This document shows positions 25,802 through 34,470 of a stretch of 46,626 bases of DNA, one piece after another. The notes under the pieces were generated by a model. That model was not told the origin of the DNA. It worked only from the letters and a program-made list of their open reading frames with translations, and ran no database searches. Origin of the DNA: Myxococcales bacterium (lineage in GTDB: Bacteria; Myxococcota_A; UBA9042; JABWCM01; BTVJ01); contig BTVJ01000058.1 of the NCBI GenBank assembly GCA_045863395.1, positions 1 to 46,626 of the forward strand. Direction: 5' to 3'. How positions within the stretch are numbered: position 1 is the first letter of the stretch; each line of letters opens with the position of its first letter. The translations under genes were made by a program, and so were the position numbers.

Positions 25802-27320
25802 CTGGATCCTCCTGGTGGCGCTCTTCGGGTGCGGGGACTCCGACTCCAGCGGCGGGAGTGCCGCGGGCGGCACCGGCCTCCCCGGGGACAACGGCTTCAC
25901 GCAGCCCGGCGCGCAGGACTTCGGCGAGTTCCGGAAGATCCTGGAGGACGGCAAGATCCCCGGACCCGACACGCTGGACCCCCTCGGCTTCTTCGCCGAG
26001 CACAAGCTCGACTACCCTGCGGCGGACTGCGGCGCCAACGTGTGCGCCCACACGATGATGGCGGTGGCGGACAACCTGCTGACGGGCTCGGCGGCGACCG
26101 TGCTCCAGCTCGGCCTCAACTCGCCGCTGACGCCTGACACCCTGGACCGCCCGCCGCTCAACCTGGTGCTGTCCGTGGACCTGAGCGGCTCCATGGAGGG
26201 CGAGCCCATCGAGGCGCTGCGCTCGGGGCTCACCCGCATGTTGGAGTACCTGGAGCCCGAGGACCGCATCTCTCTCGTGGGCTGGTCGGACGAGGCCGAG
26301 GTGATCTTCGAGTGGCTGGGGCTCGAGGAGAAGGCCGCCATCCAGGCCGCGATCCTGGACCTGAAGCCCAGGGCCGCCACAAACATCTACGATGGGCTGT
26401 TCACGGCGTATCAGGTCGCCTCTGCGCACATGGACCCGGCGCGCCAGAACCGGGTGGTGCTGCTCAGCGACGGCGTGGCGACGAGCGGCATCAAGAGCCC
26501 GGTCAAGATCAAGTCCCTGGCCGCTGGCTGGGCCGCGGAGGGCATCGCGACCACCACCATCGGCGTCGGCACGGCCTTCGACGCCACTATCATGAGCGGC
26601 GTCGCGGAGGTGGGCGCGGGGGCCTACTACTTCCTGGAGGACCCTCTCGCCGTCAAGGAGGTGTTCACCGAAGAGGTCCTGACCTTCCTGGTGCCGGCCG
26701 CCCTGGACGTGCGCATCGACGTGTCCATGGCGGAGGGCTACGACATCCAGGAGGTCTACGGGACCAACGGCTGGGTCGGGGCGGCGTCCGGTGGGACCAT
26801 CGAGATCCCCGCGCTCTTCCTGGCCGGGCGCAAGACGTCCGTCGAGCCCGTCGAGGGCGGGCGCCGGGGCGGCGGCGGCGCCATCCTCTTCAAGCTCGCG
26901 CCGCGCAAGAAGGCCAAGAAGCTCGACGAGCCCAACCAGGTTGCCAGCGTGGCGCTCCAGTGGGTGGACCCGGCGACCGGTGACCCGCAGCAGCAGCTCC
27001 TGGCGGTGGACAACCCCAACGAGCCTGGCGTCGTGCCATCGGGTGGGTGGTTCAGCACCAAGACCGTGGAGAAGGCCTTCGTGATGCTCAACATCTACGC
27101 GGGCCTCAAGCTCGCGTGCACGAGCGCCGGGGCAGGCTCCCCCGAGGTGGCCCGCACCGTGCTTACCGATCTCAGGGCGCGGGTGACCGCGTGGAACGAG
27201 ACCTGGCTCGACCCGGACATCTCCGCCGACGTGGCGGTCATCGACAAGTTCCTCGCCAACCTGGGGGCGGTCACCACCGACATCAAGCAGCCCGTCCCCT
27301 CCAACTGGCTCTGGTACTGA
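25788..27320 (+). CDS. von Willebrand factor A domain lipoprotein (YfbK-like)
   Basis: Lipobox LFGC; LNLVLSVDLSGSM (MIDAS DxSxS), TNIYDGL, VVLLSDG, TTIGVG. Confidence 0.88.
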   Translation: MRTASWILLVALFGCGDSDSSGGSAAGGTGLPGDNGFTQPGAQDFGEFRKILEDGKIPGPDTLDPLGFFAEHKLDYPAADCGANVCAHTMMAVADNLLTGSAATVLQLGLNSPLTPDTLDRPPLNLVLSVDLSGSMEGEPIEALRSGLTRMLEYLEPEDRISLVGWSDEAEVIFEWLGLEEKAAIQAAILDLKPRAATNIYDGLFTAYQVASAHMDPARQNRVVLLSDGVATSGIKSPVKIKSLAAGWAAEGIATTTIGVGTAFDATIMSGVAEVGAGAYYFLEDPLAVKEVFTEEVLTFLVPAALDVRIDVSMAEGYDIQEVYGTNGWVGAASGGTIEIPALFLAGRKTSVEPVEGGRRGGGGAILFKLAPRKKAKKLDEPNQVASVALQWVDPATGDPQQQLLAVDNPNEPGVVPSGGWFSTKTVEKAFVMLNIYAGLKLACTSAGAGSPEVARTVLTDLRARVTAWNETWLDPDISADVAVIDKFLANLGAVTTDIKQPVPSNWLWY

Positions 27321-27348
27321 GGCCGCCGGCAGGGCACAATCCGGCGCC

Positions 27349-28347
27349 ATGGAAACGATCTCCGCCGAGGCCCGGGACCTGCACGCGCGCGCGCTCGTCA
27401 TGGACCTCCACGCCGACACCCTGATCCCCATGCGCGCCATCGGGTACGACCTGACGGCGCGCCACTCCCCCTTCGCCTGGACGGGCAAGCACTTCGGGCA
27501 CTGTGACCTGCCGCGCTTCGCCGAGGGTGGGGCCACGGGGCAGGTGTTCGGGCTGGTGACGAGCCCCATCCCCGAGCGCGGCTGCTTCGACGCCACCATG
27601 CGCCAGATCGAGCTGCTCAAGGGGGTCGCCACCGCCCACCCGGACCGCCTGCGGGTGTGCTGGACCGCCGGCGACCTGGACGCCGCGAAGCGCGACGGGG
27701 TGCTGGCCGCCTACTTCGGCATCGAGGGGGCGCACAACCTGGAGGGTGACGCCGACAACGTCGGCCGGTTCGCCGACGCCGGGGTCCGCGCCATCGGGCT
27801 CGCGCACTTCAGCAAGAACGCGGTCTGCGCGCCGGCGAAGGGGCGCGGGGCGGACAACGACGCGCCGCTCACGGATCTCGGCCACCAGGTGGTCGCCGCC
27901 ATGGGTGAGCGCCGCGTCATCGTCGATCTGGCGCACGTGGGGCGCCGGGCTTTCTTCGACGCGCTCGGGTGCGCTCGGGGACCCGTGATCGTCAGCCACA
28001 CGGGGGTCGCGGGTGTCACGCCCCACTGGCGCAACCTGGACGACGAGCAGATCGAGGGGGTGGCCGCGACCGGCGGCGTCGTCGGCATCATCTTCGCGAG
28101 GCGGTTCGTCGGGGGGCGCACCATCGACCACGTCCTCGCGCACATGGACCACGTGCGCAAGGTGGTTGGCGCCAGCCACGTCGGCCTCGGCAGCGACTAC
28201 GACGGGGCGGTGGTGCCGGTGCGGGGGCTGGAGGACGTGGCGACCCTGCCGCGAATCACTGATGGCCTCCTGCGGCTCGGGTGGTCCCCCGACGAGGTGC
28301 TGGCGGCGCTCGGCGGCAACGTGCGGAGGGTGCTGGCGGCCCACTGA
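27349..28347 (+). CDS. Membrane dipeptidase family (peptidase M19)
   Basis: DLHADT, GIEGAH, IVDLAH, VSHTG, RNLDDEQI, HVGLGSDYDG, GGNVRRVL. Confidence 0.92.
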   Translation: METISAEARDLHARALVMDLHADTLIPMRAIGYDLTARHSPFAWTGKHFGHCDLPRFAEGGATGQVFGLVTSPIPERGCFDATMRQIELLKGVATAHPDRLRVCWTAGDLDAAKRDGVLAAYFGIEGAHNLEGDADNVGRFADAGVRAIGLAHFSKNAVCAPAKGRGADNDAPLTDLGHQVVAAMGERRVIVDLAHVGRRAFFDALGCARGPVIVSHTGVAGVTPHWRNLDDEQIEGVAATGGVVGIIFARRFVGGRTIDHVLAHMDHVRKVVGASHVGLGSDYDGAVVPVRGLEDVATLPRITDGLLRLGWSPDEVLAALGGNVRRVLAAH

Positions 28348-28356
28348 GCTCCCGCG

Positions 28357-30900
28357 TCACGGGGTAGTCGCCGGCCTCCACCGCGGGAGCACGGACGCGG
28401 ACGCCGCGACGGCGAGGCCCACCAGCAGCGCGTTGCAGAGCGCGAACACGAACAGCGGCACCGCGTGCATCGTGAACCAGTGGTTGTCGAGCTCGTACTC
28501 GAAGCTTGCGAAGGCCCCGAACGCCTGGATGAGGAAGGCGCCCGCCAACGCCGCGGCCAGGGGGCGCAGGCTCGCCGCGTCGCCGGAGGCCACCCGCTGG
28601 TGGACGGCGGCGGCGACCAGCACGAGCCACGGGGCCAGGTGCTGGGCGAGGATCAGCGCGAAGCCCTCCCCGAGGTTCAACGCCTCGCGGGTCGCGGCGA
28701 AGGCGACGGTCACGTCGATGGCAGAGAAGGACCACCCGTACCCGATGGCCAGGAACCAGGACTGCCACGCCAGCATGACCAGGGCGGCGGCCATGGGCGC
28801 GCTCCCCCGGCCCCGGGAGCGGACGCCGGAGAGCGCGTAGGCCGCGCCCGCGAGCAGGACGAGCAGCAGGACCCGCGCGTCGAGGCTCAGGGCCCGGTAG
28901 AGCACGAGCGCCGTCGCGAGCACGAGGTCGAGGCGCTCCCCCGAGGTGGCGGCGCGGGGGAGCAGCAGGAAGGGGACCACGAGGGCCGGCAGCACCGCCT
29001 TGACGAGCCACGGGAGGCTCAGGGCGTGGCACAGGGCGGCGGCGACGCCCACCGCGACGAGCGTGAGCCAGGGGAGCCAGGCGCGGCGGCCTCGGAGCGC
29101 CAGGGCGCCCACCGCCACCAGCAGGGCGGCGTTCGCGGCGATGGTGCTGGCCGTGGTGTCCTCCAGGCGCCCGTCTCCCTCGGGGAGCAGCGCGGGGGAC
29201 ACCGCGCGGAGGGCCGCGAGCGCGGCGAGTGCGCCACCGACGCGCAGGAGCGCCCCCCGGTCCCGCCGGTGCGCCCACGCGACCAGACCGAGGGCGGCGA
29301 CGAGCAGCAGGCCCCAGGTCTGCTCCAGAGGCCCGTAGGGCCAGCGCATGACGCTCTGGCCAAGGAACAGCACCAGCACCGCCCACGCGACCCACTCGGG
29401 GCGCGCCTCCATCAACGTCCGCGAGCGCCGCACGAGCCACACGATGACCGCGAGGGCCGCGACTCCGCTGGCCACCAGGGGGCCGTGCCAGGCGAGGTGG
29501 CCCCATGAGCGCCCCAGCTCTCCGAGCAGCCAGACGACGGTGAACTGCCAGTCGGCAAAGACAAGGAGCGCCCAGGACAGGGCTCCCCAGGCGAGGGCTG
29601 GGCGCAGCGGGGCGGGGGCGCCCGACTCCCTCGCCAGGAGCCAGAGCAGCCCGACCATCAGCGCCAATCCCAGGGCCATGCCGGTGGCGCGCTTGCCGGA
29701 GCGGCCCTCCTGGGTGGCGGCGAGCAGCGTCTGGAGGAGGCCCATGCCGTTGGACGCGAGCACGACGGCCTGTTCGGTGCGCCCCTGATCCAGCTCGAGC
29801 AGGGCGCGATCCGGGGAGCCGTCCGCGGGAAGCTCCAGCGCACGCCCGATCATGGCCAGCGAACCTTCGGCGTAGCGGTGACGCGCCGCGAACTGGGCGA
29901 CCACCTGGGCCGCCTGGGCTCGCGCGTCCAGGGTGAGCAGCGCGAAGCTCGCCGGGACCTCCGCGGTCCGCGGTGCGCGCACGCCCATCAGCGCGGCGAG
30001 GGTTGGCGCCAGGGCGTTGAGGGGCTGCTCGATCCGCTCGCACGGTGCAATGCCCGCCCCGGCCACAGCGAAGGGGGCGCGGCGGGCCTCCTCCTCTCCT
30101 CCGCCGTGGTTGCCGGCGAGGGTCGCCCCGTGGTCCGAGGTCAGGAGCCACGTACCCCGGTCGCCGAACCGCTCGACGAGGGCGCCGACCCGCGCATCGA
30201 TGGCCGCCGCCCGCCGGGCGTAGAAGCTCAAGGACCCGTCCGGCTCGCGGCTGTGGGCGCCGTGGGCGTGGGCGGCCTTGTCGGTGCCGACCACATGGAG
30301 GATGATGACGTCCCACCGTGGGTCGGCGAGGACGCGCTCCGCCTCGTCGAAGATCTGGGCGTCCGTCGCGATCATGTCGTCGTCGGCACCCTTGTAGAAC
30401 CCCGTGTCCGGGATGGACAGCGTGTGCTCTGCCGTGACCCCGAAGAGCTGCGTCCAGGACGCATCCCCGAGCAGCGCGATGCGCCGCCCCGTGTCCCGGA
30501 GCAGGGCGAGCACGCTCTCGTCCTCGAAGGGCTCTGCGTCGAAGTTCTTGAGGGACCACGAGATCGATGGCGTCATACCCGTGCCCATGTTGAGCACCGA
30601 CATGGTCGTCAGTGTCATCGGCGGCGTCACGGAGACCCCGGAGGCGCCGCGTGCGGCCAGCCGGGACCAGTGGGGCATGATCGCCGGGTCGGACGCGATG
30701 TCCTCTCGGAGGGCGTCGACGACCACCACCACGAGGCGGTCCGTCAGGGCCTTGCCGACCCGGGGCGATGCGGCGGTGGGCGGTGGAGCCGGGCGCTCCG
30801 CCAGGTACAGGTCGTGGCCGACGTGTCCGAGGGCGACCACGGCGGCGAGGGTCGCGGCCGTTGCGAGAATCGCGCGTCTGCGGAGGGCGTTTGCATCCAA
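28357..30900 (-). CDS. Alkaline-phosphatase-superfamily membrane enzyme resembling GPI ethanolamine-phosphate transferases (PIG-G/PIG-O/Gpi7-like)
   Basis: N-terminal TM; VVVVDALRED, PPMTLT..GTG, LLGDASWTQLF, WDVIILHVVGTDKAAH, TSDHG, GNHGG; then a large multi-TM C-terminal domain. Confidence 0.8.
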   Translation of the reverse strand: MDANALRRRAILATAATLAAVVALGHVGHDLYLAERPAPPPTAASPRVGKALTDRLVVVVVDALREDIASDPAIMPHWSRLAARGASGVSVTPPMTLTTMSVLNMGTGMTPSISWSLKNFDAEPFEDESVLALLRDTGRRIALLGDASWTQLFGVTAEHTLSIPDTGFYKGADDDMIATDAQIFDEAERVLADPRWDVIILHVVGTDKAAHAHGAHSREPDGSLSFYARRAAAIDARVGALVERFGDRGTWLLTSDHGATLAGNHGGGEEEARRAPFAVAGAGIAPCERIEQPLNALAPTLAALMGVRAPRTAEVPASFALLTLDARAQAAQVVAQFAARHRYAEGSLAMIGRALELPADGSPDRALLELDQGRTEQAVVLASNGMGLLQTLLAATQEGRSGKRATGMALGLALMVGLLWLLARESGAPAPLRPALAWGALSWALLVFADWQFTVVWLLGELGRSWGHLAWHGPLVASGVAALAVIVWLVRRSRTLMEARPEWVAWAVLVLFLGQSVMRWPYGPLEQTWGLLLVAALGLVAWAHRRDRGALLRVGGALAALAALRAVSPALLPEGDGRLEDTTASTIAANAALLVAVGALALRGRRAWLPWLTLVAVGVAAALCHALSLPWLVKAVLPALVVPFLLLPRAATSGERLDLVLATALVLYRALSLDARVLLLVLLAGAAYALSGVRSRGRGSAPMAAALVMLAWQSWFLAIGYGWSFSAIDVTVAFAATREALNLGEGFALILAQHLAPWLVLVAAAVHQRVASGDAASLRPLAAALAGAFLIQAFGAFASFEYELDNHWFTMHAVPLFVFALCNALLVGLAVAASASVLPRWRPATTP

Positions 30901-30972
30901 GGGGTCGGGCTCCGGGTCCCCGGCACAGGTGCCCTGGGGAGCGTCGGATCAAGTAGCGGAATGGTGACACCC

Positions 30973-31701
30973 ATGCAACAGATATGGACCGCGGCGACGC
31001 TGGCGGTGGGCCTCACGCTCCTGGCGACGGACGCTCACGCACAGGCTGCGAGGCGCCTGGACGGGGATCAGGCTCGCACCGTGGAGCAGGTGGCCGTGAC
31101 CCGGTCGGGCACGGGGCTGCTCCTCAGCGCGTGGCGGCTCGCGACCCCGGGGGAGCCCGTGCTCGCCGTCGTCCGGCGCAAGGACGACCTGGCCGCCGTG
31201 TGGCTGACCGGCCGCGATCTGAAGTTCGAGGCCCACGGGGTGGCCGAGCTGCCGCTCCTGGACGGGCTGGTCGATGACCTCGCCGTGCGGGACGTGACCT
31301 CGCGGGATCTCGACGGCGACAAGGCGCCGGAGGTCGTCGTCACCGTGGAGGGGCGCAAGCCCTTCTACGGCAAGGGGGACTCGGAGACCCACGCCCTCTA
31401 CGTGCTCGGCGTGCAGAGGGACACCCCGGTCCTCCAGTTCGCTCACGAGCTGCGCTTCCAGGGCACCATGAAGCAGCGCTGCGAGAGCCACAGCCACGCC
31501 CGCGCCATGGAGATGACCGCCGAGGATCTGCTCGGTGACGACCACGCGGACCTGCGCGTGACCGTCAAGGAGTCGCGCCGCGACTGCGCGGCACCGTCCG
31601 AGCCCTGCTCAGGGGAGGAGCACGTCTGCAAGACCGTGAACACCCAGACCCAGGATCTCTGGATCTGGAAGGACGGCGCCTATCACCGGAGCGACGAGTG
31701 A
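30973..31701 (+). CDS. Secreted hypothetical protein
   Basis: Signal peptide MQQIWTAATLAVGLTLLATDAHA; FG-GAP-like DLDGDKAPEVVV. Alternative start at 30961. Confidence 0.7.
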   Translation: MQQIWTAATLAVGLTLLATDAHAQAARRLDGDQARTVEQVAVTRSGTGLLLSAWRLATPGEPVLAVVRRKDDLAAVWLTGRDLKFEAHGVAELPLLDGLVDDLAVRDVTSRDLDGDKAPEVVVTVEGRKPFYGKGDSETHALYVLGVQRDTPVLQFAHELRFQGTMKQRCESHSHARAMEMTAEDLLGDDHADLRVTVKESRRDCAAPSEPCSGEEHVCKTVNTQTQDLWIWKDGAYHRSDE

Positions 31702-31717
31702 CCCGTCTCGGTGCGCC

Positions 31718-32641
31718 GTGAAGGTCATCGACCGGACCTTCCTCGCGCTCGGGGTGTTGCTCCTCGGCACGCTCCTGTTGCCCGTGGTGGACGAGGCGGG
31801 CAGGCTCGCGGCGCTCTCCGAGCTGCCAGGCGTCGCGCCGTTCTCGACGCTGGTGAAGGCGCTCTACCCGGCGCTCCTCGGGGCGCTGCTGGTGGTGCTG
31901 GCGCGCTCCGGCGAGCAGGCGCTGGGCAAGGGCGTCGCCGCGCTGGTCGGGTTCCTCTTGCCGGTGACGCTCCTCGACGGCAACCCCATCGTGGAGCTCG
32001 CCTACCTGGGCGCCTGGGAGGAGGCGCCCGGTCACCAGGTGCTGCTCGGCCTCGGCGTGGTGCTGGGCGCCGGGGGATGCCACATGGTGGGCCTCGGGGC
32101 GAGCCACTCCGTGGGGGCGCTGCTCGCCTCCGTGGGCGTCGCCCTCATGGCGGCCTACCACCTGGCCCCGCTGCCGAGCGGCGCGGTGCCCATCATCGTG
32201 ATCACCAAGGAGCTGGCTGGGGCATGGGACACCGGCGGCCTCGCGCTGCTCACCGCGTTGTTCAATCTGGCGCTGGCGGTGCTCCAGGCGGTGGTGTGCG
32301 TCCTCGCGCTGCTCTCCCTCCGCTCCGACGGGCGTGCCCGGAGCACTGCTGGCGCTGGGATCGTCGCGTGGGCCATCGCCGGCCTGATCCCCGCCATCGC
32401 GCTCCCCATCGTCGTCAAGGCCGGGCTGGCCGCCGGGGGAGGGGCCGAGGTGCTCTTCCTGGTCCGCCAGCTCCTGATGCTCTCCGCGCTGCTCATGGGG
32501 GCGCCCCTCGCCATCGCGGCGCTGGGGGTCGGGCTGTCGGCCGCCGATCCCCCCGGTGACCGCTTCGAGGACGCCGCGATGGCCGGCGACGAAGGATCAC
32601 TTCGCGACAGTGGACCCTTCGACGACCCGCCGCTACAATGA
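31718..32641 (+). CDS. Multi-pass membrane protein of unknown function
   Basis: About 8 hydrophobic segments; GC3-rich frame. Confidence 0.7.
   Translation: MKVIDRTFLALGVLLLGTLLLPVVDEAGRLAALSELPGVAPFSTLVKALYPALLGALLVVLARSGEQALGKGVAALVGFLLPVTLLDGNPIVELAYLGAWEEAPGHQVLLGLGVVLGAGGCHMVGLGASHSVGALLASVGVALMAAYHLAPLPSGAVPIIVITKELAGAWDTGGLALLTALFNLALAVLQAVVCVLALLSLRSDGRARSTAGAGIVAWAIAGLIPAIALPIVVKAGLAAGGGAEVLFLVRQLLMLSALLMGAPLAIAALGVGLSAADPPGDRFEDAAMAGDEGSLRDSGPFDDPPLQ
32611..32639 (+). promoter_or_regulatory. Putative sigma70 promoter for the selenoprotein gene
   Basis: TGGACC-N17-TACAAT, about 75 nt upstream of ATG 32713. Confidence 0.4.
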
Positions 32642-32712
32642 GCGGCCGTCTGGGGGCCCCGGACCCGGCCAGACAGGCCGGAGCGGCCCCTCTTCATCAC
32701 CTTGGTGACCTG

Positions 32713-34377
32713 ATGACCCATCGCTCCCTGCGTCGCGCCCGGTGGCTGGGCGCCGCGCTCCTGACCTACGCCATGGCGGCCTGCGGTGGGGCGGAGCAGC
32801 CCACCCCCGCTCCGCCCAAGGCCGTGGCGCCCGCCGCCAATGCACCCGCGGCCCCCGGCGAGCCGAAGGCGGCCGTGTCGCCTCCAGCGGACGCAACGCA
32901 ACACGCAGAGAAGGTCGCGCGGCCCGTGGACCGGGCGACGGGCGAGCCGCTCCCCGCTGAGCGCGTCGCGCGTCCCGTGGATCGGGTGACCGGCGAGCCG
33001 CTCCCGGGCAGGGTGCCGCCGGTCGCGCCGTCCGACAACCTGGGCACCGCCGGGCGCCCTGCGACGGACCTGGCCGTGCCCGGGCGCCCTGCGACGGACC
33101 TGGCCGTGCCCGGGCGCCCTGCGACGGACCTGGCCGTGCCTGGGCGGCCCCCGGTGGCTCCGGCGGACGCGGCCGCGCCACCCTTCGACCCCGCGACGGG
33201 GCGGCCCCTGCAGCGGGATCCGGTGCTCCACGCCGGCGTGCCCCAGGGCCTCGACGGGTTCAAGGACTTCGAGGGGCTGCGCATCGGCCTCCTCCACACG
33301 GCGAACCGGGTCGGCGAGCTCGACCCCTGTGGGTGACGAGTCAATCCGCTGGGCGGTCTTGCCCGGCTCGCGACCTGGCTCCAGACGAACCGTGAGAAGT
33401 GGGACGGGGTGCTCCTCGTCGACGCGGGGAACCTCCTCCACGAGACCCTGCGCCTCGACGAGGCGCTGCGACAGCGTGAGATCGACCGGGGTGAGATGTT
33501 CGTCGACACCTTCAACATGATGGGCTGGGACGCCCAGGGCCTGGGTGAGAAGGACCTGGTCGGCGGGCTCCCCCGCCTGAGGGCCCTCGCGAAGCGCGCG
33601 AAGTACCCGTTCCTGAGCGCGAACCTCGTCGACGCGAGGTCCGACGCCCTGCTTTTCACTCCGCGCGTGATCGTGCAGAAGGCGGGCGTGCGCATTGGCC
33701 TGTTCAGCGTCATGTCGCCTCGTTTTCGTGAGAATGAGCGCATCCTGCCCGAGATCGGCGCCAAGGTGACGGATCCCATCGTAGCGGCCAAGGAGCAGGT
33801 GGAGGCGCTGAAGAAGGAGGGGGCGCAGGTGTTTGTCGCCCTCGCCATGCTCGACAGCGGGCAGGCGGACCAGCTCGCGAAGGAGGTGCCTCAGCTCACC
33901 GCGGTGCTCGGGGCCCAGGAGGGCATGATGCTCAGAAGCCCCCGGGCCGTGGGCAGCACCTACCTGACCGACGCCTTCCAGAAGGGCAAGTACCTGAGCG
34001 CGTTGTCGCTGCTCATCCGCAAGGGGGAGACGGACTTCGTCTTCGAGGACCCGAACCGGCGCCTGTCCATCGAGCGCCGCATCGCGGAGCTGGACGCCCG
34101 CATCAAGGCCCGCGAAGCCGCCATCGCGGACGCCAAGGGCGACCAGGCGCGGGCGCGGAACCTCCAGTGGCTGGAGCAGAACCTGGCGCAGCTCCAGGGG
34201 GAGCGCAAGGCGGCCCAGGTCGAGCTGGACCACGCTGGCGAGGTGAAGCAGGGTCGGAGCCTCATCGCCTACGACTACCCGGAGATGTCCAAGGAGCTGG
34301 CCGACGATCCGAAGGTGCTCGCCCGGGTGGACAAGCTCAAGGCGAAGTACCCGGAGCTGAAGGAGCCGCGGCACTAG
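32713..34377 (+). CDS. UshA/5'-nucleotidase-like selenoprotein lipoprotein (554 aa, Sec at in-frame TGA 33334-33336)
   Basis: ORF-track entries 32638-33336 and 33409-34377 are in the same frame. Read-through gives LHTANRVGELDPCG-U-RVNPLGGLARLAT..LLVDAGN..YPFLSANL..RIGLFSV, an unbroken metallophosphoesterase-like fold. SECIS-like hairpin follows; lipobox AMAAC. Confidence 0.85.
33051..33140 (+). repeat. Perfect 30-nt tandem repeat x3 (GRPATDLAVP) in the Pro-rich linker
   Basis: cgggcgccctgcgacggacctggccgtgcc, three exact copies. Confidence 0.95.
33334..33370 (+). promoter_or_regulatory. Bacterial SECIS-like element
   Basis: TGA, 11 nt, then stem GCTGGGC / loop GGTCTT / GCCCGGC. The loop starts 18 nt after UGA and begins with G. 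Confidence 0.75.
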
Positions 34378-34470
34378 TGGGCTCCAAGCGGCAGCGGCGG
34401 GCTTCGGAGCGCAGGCCGCGACGCCCGGAGGCTCCATCGCGGCCCCCTCTGCCTCCTGCGGCCCCCTGAG

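Noticed and set aside
33051..33140. 30-nt repeats as a CRISPR array
   Set aside because: Head-to-tail copies without spacers, in frame within a coding linker; no cas operon.
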